From Candidatus Saccharimonadota bacterium (lineage in GTDB: Bacteria; Patescibacteriota; Saccharimonadia; Saccharimonadales; AWTP1-31): a stretch of 64,000 nucleotides of DNA. A program made the translations under genes and the position numbers. The stretch lies in the NCBI GenBank assembly GCA_052034955.1, contig JBPOHZ010000015.1:26998-90997 (forward strand), read 5' to 3'. Below the pieces are notes generated by a model. It was not told the DNA's origin. It saw only the letters and a list, made by a program, of their open reading frames with translations, and ran no database searches. The first letter of the stretch is position 1. Every line of letters begins with the position of its first letter. This document shows, piece after piece, positions 28,829 through 37,009 of this stretch.

Positions 28829-29101
28829 ATGGCAGGAGTAGAGAACGAACCAGTATGGTTGTCGGGCATGAGCTTACCGCAGAGAGTTAAGGGCTTAATG
28901 GCACTGGACTCAAAAGGTATAAGTCCTGAAAGTGCTACAACGCAGCTTACAAAGACAGAAGAAGATGGAACAACATTAACTATCCCAGTGCGAAGGATTC
29001 CACTTATTGATATTGGATATCCAACTCAGGATGCGGCAGATGATGCGATACTGAGAGCTATGGGATATGAACCAGGAGATAACAATGGCAAAGATATTTA
29101 A
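28829..29101 (+). CDS. Hypothetical protein inserted between ssb and rpsR
   Basis: AAGGAG then ATG 28829; overlaps the rpsR start by 17 nt. Confidence 0.6.
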   Translation: MAGVENEPVWLSGMSLPQRVKGLMALDSKGISPESATTQLTKTEEDGTTLTIPVRRIPLIDIGYPTQDAADDAILRAMGYEPGDNNGKDI

Positions 29102-29288
29102 GAACCGAACAGACGTAGCATTCTTTGACTACAAGGACTTTAAGACCTTGCAGCGTTACGTAAACGTTTACGGACAAATCGAAACTCGCAAGAAAACCGG
29201 TCTAACCGAGAGCCAGCAACGACACCTAAGTGTCGCAATTAAGCGAGCTCGCCACATGGCACTAATGCCATTCGTAGCTAACAACTAA
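29085..29288 (+). CDS. rpsR: 30S ribosomal protein S18 (Cys-less form)
   Basis: FDYKD...GQI...TG...QR...AIKRARHMALMPF; AGGAG RBS before ATG 29085. Confidence 0.96.
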   Translation: MAKIFKNRTDVAFFDYKDFKTLQRYVNVYGQIETRKKTGLTESQQRHLSVAIKRARHMALMPFVANN

Positions 29289-29296
29289 GGAGTCCA

Positions 29297-29575
29297 GTGG
29301 ACGGAGTCAGAAAACAGGCCGAGGAAATCCAGAATAAGTTACACAACTATTTGGATCGTCCTGACGACCCGCAAGGTCAGGCCTTGAAACAGTCTATTCA
29401 GAAGATGATAGATAATATTCGGATGCAGAAGAATAAGTATACGATCGAAGACGGTGTAAAGGCGGTTATTCGAGTACTGGATTCAATCAAAGATTACGAA
29501 GTTATCGACTACGAAGATATCGATGATCTAAAGGATCGTTGCGAAGACATGCGTCGCGCGATTCAGAAACTATAG
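29297..29575 (+). CDS. Hypothetical helical protein
   Basis: AAGGAG + GTG; 92 aa, in operon between rpsR and efp. Confidence 0.7.
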   Translation: MDGVRKQAEEIQNKLHNYLDRPDDPQGQALKQSIQKMIDNIRMQKNKYTIEDGVKAVIRVLDSIKDYEVIDYEDIDDLKDRCEDMRRAIQKL

Positions 29576-29584
29576 AGGACAAAC

Positions 29585-30151
29585 ATGGGATTAAGTATTA
29601 CAGATCTAAAGAAGGGCGTAGTTTTCCAGATGGAGGGCACTCCGTATAGGGTCGTAGACTACAACCAAAAAGTTATGGGCCGTGGTGGCTCGATTGTAAA
29701 CGTCCGAATCAAGAGCCTTCTTGATGGTAGCGTTTTGGCTAAGACTTTCAAGGGCAACGAACAATTAGATTATGCAGATGTCAGCAACCAGAACGTGCAG
29801 TACCTTTATGGCGACGATAGATCATTCCACTTTATGAACGAAGATACCTACGAACAATTCGAGGTGTCAGCCGATATACTAGGAGACCAGGCGGGCTATC
29901 TTAAAGAAGGCGACAAAGCTCAGGCTCAGTTGTTTGATGATCAAGTAATCAACATCGAGCTACCAAAGAATGTACCCCTTAAAGTTGTCTACACCGAAGA
30001 CGTAGTTAAGGGTGACACAACCAGCAATGTCCAAAAAGACGCCGAATTAGAGACAGGTATCACTGTAAAAGTCCCATCTTTTATTAAGCAAGGCGATGTA
30101 ATTAGTGTCGATACTAGCACGGGAGCCTACCGTGAGCGCGTCAAAGACTAG
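29585..30151 (+). CDS. efp: Elongation factor P
   Basis: MGRGG loop, QYLY, KGDT, ETGITVKVPSFIKQGD and YRER. Confidence 0.97.
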   Translation: MGLSITDLKKGVVFQMEGTPYRVVDYNQKVMGRGGSIVNVRIKSLLDGSVLAKTFKGNEQLDYADVSNQNVQYLYGDDRSFHFMNEDTYEQFEVSADILGDQAGYLKEGDKAQAQLFDDQVINIELPKNVPLKVVYTEDVVKGDTTSNVQKDAELETGITVKVPSFIKQGDVISVDTSTGAYRERVKD

Positions 30152-30866
30152 ATTAGACCAACTAATGGTAGCCCGGGAGATGATTAATTCTCGCAGCCAG
30201 GCGGAGAGCTACATTAAGCTCGGAAAAGTTAAGGTCAATGGAAACGTAGTTACCAGAGCGGGGACTATGGTTTGGCCAGACGCCGAAATCGATTTAGGAG
30301 TTACAGAGCAATATGTATCTAGGGCAGGCCTAAAACTTGCCTCAGTAGCGGAGCGTCTAAACCTAGATTTTAAGGGCAAGACTGTACTTGATGTCGGTTC
30401 TTCCACTGGAGGATTTACAGATTATTCTCTAAAGCATGGTGCCAAGAAGGTGATAGCCGTGGAAGTTGGTACCGATCAGTTGCATCCAACTTTGCACGGT
30501 AATCCACAAATAGAATTGCACGAACAAACTGACATTAGGGATTTCAAAACCGACGACAAAATAGATATTGCCGTGGCAGATGTTTCGTTTATCAGTCTGC
30601 GTCATATACTTCCAGCTGTTTCTAGACTGGTAGCACCAGGTGGGCAAGTAGTAGCTATGGTTAAACCACAATTCGAAACTCGAGATAGCGACCTTAGGCA
30701 TAAAGGTGTTATTAAAAACGAAAAGATGCGCCGCGATATACTGAAGGACTTTGAGGATTGGGCCAAAACAGCCTTTGTTGTTCTTAACAAGATTGACTCC
30801 GATGTTGCTGGTGCCAAAGGGAATCGCGAGCGCTTCTACCTCCTTAGGGTGGTTAGCAAAAAGTAG
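30132..30866 (+). CDS. tlyA: TlyA-family rRNA 2'-O-methyltransferase
   Basis: S4 domain RLDQ, YVSRAGLKL, DVGSSTGGFT, DVSFIS, KPQFE and GNRE. Start at GTG 30132 is approximate. Confidence 0.95.
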   Translation: MSASKTRLDQLMVAREMINSRSQAESYIKLGKVKVNGNVVTRAGTMVWPDAEIDLGVTEQYVSRAGLKLASVAERLNLDFKGKTVLDVGSSTGGFTDYSLKHGAKKVIAVEVGTDQLHPTLHGNPQIELHEQTDIRDFKTDDKIDIAVADVSFISLRHILPAVSRLVAPGGQVVAMVKPQFETRDSDLRHKGVIKNEKMRRDILKDFEDWAKTAFVVLNKIDSDVAGAKGNRERFYLLRVVSKK

Positions 30867-30902
30867 TAGTAGGTCGGTGTCTCGACCGTGTACTATTAGT
30901 AC

Positions 30903-31556
30903 ATGTATTTTACCGACCGGGTGGAAGCCGGCAAAAGATTGGCAGATGAACTGGCACTAAAAGAAAATAAGAATTGTACATTAGTTGCCTTATCTGACGG
31001 CGCGGTTGTAATTGCCGCCCAAATTGCTGCTTCTCTGGAGTGTCCAATAGCCATGCTACTGGCCGAACCCATTCACGCACCTGGTGAGCCAGATGCAGTG
31101 GCCAGTATTAGCCAAGAGGGCACCTATAGCTTCAACAGCGCCTATTCCCAAGGTCAGCAAGACGAATTTGATATGGAGTATCACCATATCTTCGAGCAGC
31201 AGAAGCTAGAGAAGCTTTCAGAGATGCATCGTATGCTTGGCAAGAACGAGCTCATTCGTCATGACATGCTGAAGGGCCACACTGTTATTTTGGTCGCCGA
31301 TGGTCTAGGTAGTGTAGTCACTATAGACGCCGCCGTTCTATTCCTAAAATCTATCAAGGTCAAGAAGCTAATCATTGCAACGCCGTTTGCCGCCGTCAAT
31401 GTAGTAGATAGGATGCATATTTTGGCAGACGAGATAGCCTGTCTTAACGTGGTCGAGAACTTTATGGGTACCGACCACTACTACGAGAACAACCAACTGC
31501 CTCCACATACTGTTATTATAGAAACCATTCAAAATATGGTCCAAAACTGGAAATAA
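30903..31556 (+). CDS. Phosphoribosyltransferase-like protein
   Basis: FTDRVEAGKRLA N-terminus and VILVADGLGS PRPP-loop-like motif. Confidence 0.85.
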   Translation: MYFTDRVEAGKRLADELALKENKNCTLVALSDGAVVIAAQIAASLECPIAMLLAEPIHAPGEPDAVASISQEGTYSFNSAYSQGQQDEFDMEYHHIFEQQKLEKLSEMHRMLGKNELIRHDMLKGHTVILVADGLGSVVTIDAAVLFLKSIKVKKLIIATPFAAVNVVDRMHILADEIACLNVVENFMGTDHYYENNQLPPHTVIIETIQNMVQNWK

Positions 31557-31561
31557 ATAGA

Positions 31562-32245
31562 TTATTTACGCGGAGTCTTTGACTTTTTATTGGTCTTTTT
31601 CGACGTATTACTCTTGGTATAGACCACGCCACTCAAAGCACCTATCGATAAGCCTGCACCAGTTAATAGGAAAATATTTAGACCCAGAGTAGGAGAAGTG
31701 TCGTAACGTGACAGCGTATCATAGGTATCGTGCTTTTTAGGCCAACCCCTTAATATCTGCGAATAAGGAGGGAGGGTGCAGTAATATCCCTCTAATCGAT
31801 CTTTAGGGCAGTAGCCGCAGTATGCTACTTTCTGAGTACAATAGGGATCATTTTTTGGAACTGTTCTCATATCGAGCTTAGGACTCGGTCTGAGTTCCTG
31901 AGAGGTGTAGAATATCTGACCTAGTCCAAGTAATAGGCCAACGATCAAACCTACGAACAGATACCATCTGATTCCTTTTATAATCCCAAAGCGAGAGACA
32001 GTAAACCAAGTTAGAAGTGAAGCTGCCACCGCCAAAAGAATAAGAATAGGGATATTTATAAAAGTATTAGCGTTGATTGGTGGTTTATGAAAAGAGTCAT
32101 TGAAACCCACGACTCCCTGATTGGCTAATGGCCAGCCGCGATAGAACTGCCTGTCTGTGCCGATAGTTTTGGTGTAAGGAACAAAAATCTGAATTAAAGA
32201 CAGGACTAAGCCAATAACTATCCCAATTATTATTGATTTTTTCAT
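31562..32245 (-). CDS. Membrane protein with internal duplication
   Basis: Two TM-hairpin units, each with QIF...RGWP...NI. Confidence 0.65.
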   Translation of the reverse strand: MKKSIIIGIVIGLVLSLIQIFVPYTKTIGTDRQFYRGWPLANQGVVGFNDSFHKPPINANTFINIPILILLAVAASLLTWFTVSRFGIIKGIRWYLFVGLIVGLLLGLGQIFYTSQELRPSPKLDMRTVPKNDPYCTQKVAYCGYCPKDRLEGYYCTLPPYSQILRGWPKKHDTYDTLSRYDTSPTLGLNIFLLTGAGLSIGALSGVVYTKSNTSKKTNKKSKTPRK

Positions 32246-32278
32246 GACTTAACAATAGCACAAGCAGTTTAGCAGGGG

Positions 32279-33355
32279 TTAGTTATTAAATCGGAACTCT
32301 ACTACGTCGTCAGGTTGCATTACGTAGCTTTTGCCTTCGGTACGCACTTTTCCGGCGGCTTTAGCGGCTTGTTCTGTACCTGCCTCTACTAAGTCGTGAT
32401 AGTCAACGATCTGGGCGGCAATAAAGCCTTTTTCAAAGTCACCGTGTATAACGCCTGCGGCCTGTGGGGCTGTGAAGCCTTTTTTTATGGTCCAGGCTCG
32501 GACTTCTTTTTTACCAGCAGTTAAGTAGCTCTGTAGACCCAGGGTAGAGTAAGCCGCTTTAATAAGTTGCTCCAATCCAACCTCTGTAAAACCATAGCTT
32601 TCTAGTAGTTCAATGGCATCTTCCTTGTCTAGCTCCCTAAGTTCGCTCTCTAGTTTGGCAGAAACGAATATACTACTTGATGGGGCAACAAGTGCCTGAA
32701 GGTCTGATATTCTTTGACTGTCTGTAAGGGTGTTCTCGTCAACGTTAAATGCGTAAATGACAGGTTTTGCAGTTATGAGCTGTAGGTCGCTGACATGCTC
32801 TAGGTCGGCATCTATTTGACCTGCTAGTTTACCGTCATTTAATCCATCCAGTAACTTCTTGTATGTTTCTAGGACTGGTTTTAGCTTGGCATCTGCTCGG
32901 ACCTCTTTTTCAAATTTCGGAATCCGCTTCTCTAGGGTTTGTATGTCGGCGAGAATCAGCTCGGTGTTTATGACATCTATATCCTTCTTTGGGTCGTGCT
33001 CTTCGTCTACATGAACAACATCATTATCTTCAAATGCTCTTACGACGTGGACTATGGCGTTGGTGCTTCTGATGTGGCTTAAGAACTGGTTGCCAAGTCC
33101 CTCGCCCTTGGAGGCTCCTGCAACTAGCCCGGCAATATCTACAAAAGTAACAGTCGCTGGAACTATTTTTTCAGTCTCGTACATTTTTCCCAGGGTCTCA
33201 AGCCGATCATCGGGGACGGGGACTATGCCTGTATTCGGCTCGATTGTCGCAAACGGATAATTAGCGGCCAGAACCTGCGCATCCGTCAGAGCGTTAAAAA
33301 GGGTTGATTTTCCGACATTGGGTAACCCCACTATGCCAATACTAAGTGAACTCAT
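32279..33355 (-). CDS. ychF: Redox-regulated ATPase YchF
   Basis: GIVGLPNVGKST, ANYPFATIEPN, DIAGLV and TGS domain. Start at ATG 33355, 7 nt below TACAAT. Confidence 0.98.
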   Translation of the reverse strand: MSSLSIGIVGLPNVGKSTLFNALTDAQVLAANYPFATIEPNTGIVPVPDDRLETLGKMYETEKIVPATVTFVDIAGLVAGASKGEGLGNQFLSHIRSTNAIVHVVRAFEDNDVVHVDEEHDPKKDIDVINTELILADIQTLEKRIPKFEKEVRADAKLKPVLETYKKLLDGLNDGKLAGQIDADLEHVSDLQLITAKPVIYAFNVDENTLTDSQRISDLQALVAPSSSIFVSAKLESELRELDKEDAIELLESYGFTEVGLEQLIKAAYSTLGLQSYLTAGKKEVRAWTIKKGFTAPQAAGVIHGDFEKGFIAAQIVDYHDLVEAGTEQAAKAAGKVRTEGKSYVMQPDDVVEFRFNN

Positions 33356-33440
33356 TGCTTTAATTGTAACAGAGGTGGTGTGGTAATCCAACGGCCAGCG
33401 ATGTTGTTATTCAAGATAAGCAGAAGTATAATCACTGCAA

Positions 33441-33989
33441 ATGGATGGGCCAAAAAAAGACAAGCAACCAGTTGTACGTTCTATTGAGAGAAGCTCAATA
33501 AAGCGATTTAAGAATAGATCAAATAGGCTTCTAGGTGGCTGGGGGTCTAGAAAGATTATGATAACGGTTATTGCTAGTAGTGGTCTTTTTGGGCTTTTGT
33601 TTCTAGGTATCAATGTATACAAAGATATGCGATATCAAAACTCAATCAAAGAACAAAAGCAGATTAACGACACCTCGAAAGCAGAAACAGTAAGTAACTA
33701 CGGTAAGGATCAGGCTAAAAATAGTCAGGACCTTCAAGGGGCTCCAAGCGAAAGTTGGGACAAAGAAAAACTAGATAAAGCTTACTTCAATCTAATATAT
33801 GCCGATAAAACTGGCTCCTCTAGTGATGTCTATAACATGCTATTTTTTATTGAGGTTGCTCAGAAATCAGGCCTGGATATAGATAACAATAGCTACGGCA
33901 TCGATCAGCAGGATAGGGATCAGATTAGGCAAAGAGCGGATGAAGTCACAAAGAAACGTACAACTAAGCCAAAGACAAACAATGAGTAG
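33441..33989 (+). CDS. Single-TM membrane-anchored protein (partner of downstream large secreted protein)
   Basis: Basic N-terminus, one TM and a helical exterior domain; overlaps the next start. Confidence 0.7.
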   Translation: MDGPKKDKQPVVRSIERSSIKRFKNRSNRLLGGWGSRKIMITVIASSGLFGLLFLGINVYKDMRYQNSIKEQKQINDTSKAETVSNYGKDQAKNSQDLQGAPSESWDKEKLDKAYFNLIYADKTGSSSDVYNMLFFIEVAQKSGLDIDNNSYGIDQQDRDQIRQRADEVTKKRTTKPKTNNE

Positions 33990-35976
33990 GATATCTAAGA
34001 CTCTAAAGATAGCTACAGTCATGATGATCATGGTTATCGCTAGCTCGACCGGAAAGGTAGATGCTGCTAGATCGTTGGTTACGACATCTTCGTCACCAAC
34101 TTCGTTTCGAACTCTATGTGATGGAGGCACTCCAGTCGATTTTGCCGTTAGCCCATCAAATATCAGCATGGATGCGGCGACAGGGATTATGTCATACGAC
34201 ATTAACATTAATTGGCAAAGATGTAGCGGTGGGGTGGACACTCGTGCTTATGCCGTCTATAGCCTCGGACCAGAAATTTGCCCTTATTCTGGAATATACG
34301 GTCCTCCTCCAACCGGCTGGGTAACAGACTGTGTAAAATATATTGGCTCACCTGCATATAGCGTTCCGGGTAACAGCCTGTCGTGCTGGGGTGGTTCAAA
34401 TGCATCTTGTGTAACATCATCATTCGCTGGGGCAAGAAGAACCGAGAACCAGCCCACCTCTGTAGTCAATTCAGTCTCAATACCAATGACCTGGCAAATA
34501 CCTAATTGGGCTTCGCAGCCCGACACCGGCTCCTGGTCAATCTCTCAATCCATGTGTCAGTTCTACAAAACCGGCTTTAATTTCGGCACATATAATGATA
34601 ATCGATGTGTTAATGTGTCGATCTCTGTGTCGTGGGACGGCAGTGATCCGGTGCCTGTCGAGTCACAATATACCCCGACAGCGGCCACTATTTTGAATGA
34701 TGATGAAGATCCTACGCTGGCCACTCTAAACACAAGGGCAAGTCTAGACTTTGGCCCAGGGCATTCAGCCCAAATTAGATCAGAATATTATATTGTTCGG
34801 AATGGTACTAGCTCAAAAGAATATATAGACCCTTCAAATTTTGACGCACCGGGTATTTCATCCAACCCCATAAATACGAATATCACCTCTGGATGGGGAT
34901 CGGGCAATCTGACCATATCCAATCCCGTTGCCAAGCTTTCTCTTCAAGTTGGAGATAAAGTGTGTAGTTCGGCATCAATTGATCCCAGTAAGGTTTCGAC
35001 AACCAAGGGCGTTGTTACTGTGCTGCAAGGCCAGGTCTCAAGTGACCCAAGTTGTAGGTCGTACGTTAATCGACCATTTGTCTCCTTTTATGGAACGGAT
35101 GTTAGTGTAGGTGGAAGTTTTGAGGGAGGAGGCAGTTGTAATCAGCCCTCAAGTATAAGTACTTTCACAAAATCTGGTGCGAAGGGTTCGGGAGTGCAGT
35201 TCGCAGCTTTTGCGCTGGGTTCTATTAATAATTTCAACTCGGCTCGGTTGAGAACCTCTTCTCCTGTATCTCCAGTGGGGCTATCGTTTGCGAATACGGT
35301 AACTCCAGCCGGCAGCTTTGGCGCCGAACACTGTATAACAAACTATTTCTCACTTGCTTCAGCACTTACTCCAAACACGACTAATACTAATATCAATCTA
35401 AGCACAATCGATAGCGGTAATTACTACTATAAAAATCCAAGCACAATAACCATCTCCGGTGACATACCCAACGGCCGCAGGATAACAATATTCGTTGATG
35501 GCAATGTTCGGGTAGATGGTGACATTAACTATGCATCAGATACGTGGTCAGACAGGTCCCAGATACCTTTCTTAAGAGTAGTTACCAAGGGCGATATCTT
35601 TATAGAAAGTAACGTACAAAAAATTACTGGCTTTCTTGTCGCTCAGCCACATGGAGCCACAGGCGGGAATATAACAACATGCGTCGAACCTGGAAATAAT
35701 ACGGTCTTATCTGTTGATAAGCTAGCAAACAAGTGCAACAAGAAGCTAACTATAGATGGAGCGTTTGCCGCCAAGAAGGTTAATTTGCTGAGAGCCTACA
35801 AATCATTACGGGATGCCAGTTACTCGGGCGAGTTAAATGCTAATTCCAGCGCTGCGGCAGAGGTATTTAAATTTAGCCCTATTCACTATTTGGCATTACC
35901 CGGTCAACTAATAGGTGATCTAGATGGACCGTCGTCGGACTATGATTACTTTGCTGCGTTGCCGCCCATACTTTAG
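33982..35976 (+). CDS. Large secreted Cys/Ser/Thr-rich protein, putative pilus-associated adhesin 1
   Basis: Signal peptide (..KVDA-A); C-terminal half homologous to 36999..39305; ends LPPIL. Confidence 0.75.
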   Translation: MSRISKTLKIATVMMIMVIASSTGKVDAARSLVTTSSSPTSFRTLCDGGTPVDFAVSPSNISMDAATGIMSYDININWQRCSGGVDTRAYAVYSLGPEICPYSGIYGPPPTGWVTDCVKYIGSPAYSVPGNSLSCWGGSNASCVTSSFAGARRTENQPTSVVNSVSIPMTWQIPNWASQPDTGSWSISQSMCQFYKTGFNFGTYNDNRCVNVSISVSWDGSDPVPVESQYTPTAATILNDDEDPTLATLNTRASLDFGPGHSAQIRSEYYIVRNGTSSKEYIDPSNFDAPGISSNPINTNITSGWGSGNLTISNPVAKLSLQVGDKVCSSASIDPSKVSTTKGVVTVLQGQVSSDPSCRSYVNRPFVSFYGTDVSVGGSFEGGGSCNQPSSISTFTKSGAKGSGVQFAAFALGSINNFNSARLRTSSPVSPVGLSFANTVTPAGSFGAEHCITNYFSLASALTPNTTNTNINLSTIDSGNYYYKNPSTITISGDIPNGRRITIFVDGNVRVDGDINYASDTWSDRSQIPFLRVVTKGDIFIESNVQKITGFLVAQPHGATGGNITTCVEPGNNTVLSVDKLANKCNKKLTIDGAFAAKKVNLLRAYKSLRDASYSGELNANSSAAAEVFKFSPIHYLALPGQLIGDLDGPSSDYDYFAALPPIL

Positions 35977-36022
35977 CTTAGGTTGTCATATCTATTAAGC
36001 ATAAGTATAATCAACTATAGAA

Positions 36023-37009
36023 ATGGAAGATCAAAAAAAAGGCGAAGTTGTAGATGTTCGCGGCGGCATGCGATTCAATCGTATGAATGTTAGGCATAGG
36101 CTGTCTAGAAGATCCAGAAGAATAGTTTTGTTTTCACTGGCCATTGTCTTTGTCGGGTTGGTTGCAGCCGGTTACTTTGCCTTGTTCAAGAGCCCGGCAC
36201 TAATAGTTGGCGGCCAAAGGATCAGCCGAGATCAGTATAGCTCATTGCTCAAACAGGCTGAGCTAAGTCAAATAAATGCCGAAGGCGCTAAAGAAACGAT
36301 TATTGAGTCTATAAAGTATCAACAGGCCGCTAAGAAGTTTGATATAAAGATAAATCAAGACGATTTAAAAAGACTAGAAGAGAACTCGACTCTTCCGGCA
36401 ACTTTCAAAGACGATATTTACTACTATGGCCTGAAGAAGTCATACATACTATTACAACTAGAAATTAAGAAAAGGGATGGCTTCGAGGGTTATGTCTTCT
36501 ACTATCCGTTTAGTCGTAACTTCTTAGATTCTGACCCGAAGACTAGCAATCCTCTTTTCAAGAATAAGGATGCAATTGAGTCCGATCGGCAAAAGGCCGA
36601 GGAGCGGGCACTTGCTGATTTACAAGGAATCAAGTCTGGAAAATCAAATCCAGATGATCTGGTTAAGGAGATACTAAACGATTCAAGCTTGATATATGGG
36701 AACGCTAGTAACGGAACACAACGCTTTGCCGTAGATAACAGGGGAGTCGAACTGTCTGATGGCTATGGTGCTGGAAAAGTTGTCGCTAGCAGATTTATGG
36801 ATATTCTTCCAAAAATGAAAGAAGGATCGGTTTCGGATATCAGAAAAGACGTCCAGAAATACCTAGAAGCTCAATCTAATAAGATTGTTTCTAATAACAC
36901 GGCTTATTACTTTGTGTACAAGACAAAGAATATTATTGGCGATAAAGACATTGTAGATAAGTTTAATAAAGAAGTATCCGGCATAAAGGTAGTAGATAAT
37001 GTTAAATAA
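36023..37009 (+). CDS. Membrane-anchored SurA/PrsA-like chaperone (degenerate)
   Basis: One TM, then VGGQRISRDQY, QQAAKKFDIKI, AERALADL and MKEGSVSD foldase-like segments. Confidence 0.6.
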   Translation: MEDQKKGEVVDVRGGMRFNRMNVRHRLSRRSRRIVLFSLAIVFVGLVAAGYFALFKSPALIVGGQRISRDQYSSLLKQAELSQINAEGAKETIIESIKYQQAAKKFDIKINQDDLKRLEENSTLPATFKDDIYYYGLKKSYILLQLEIKKRDGFEGYVFYYPFSRNFLDSDPKTSNPLFKNKDAIESDRQKAEERALADLQGIKSGKSNPDDLVKEILNDSSLIYGNASNGTQRFAVDNRGVELSDGYGAGKVVASRFMDILPKMKEGSVSDIRKDVQKYLEAQSNKIVSNNTAYYFVYKTKNIIGDKDIVDKFNKEVSGIKVVDNVK

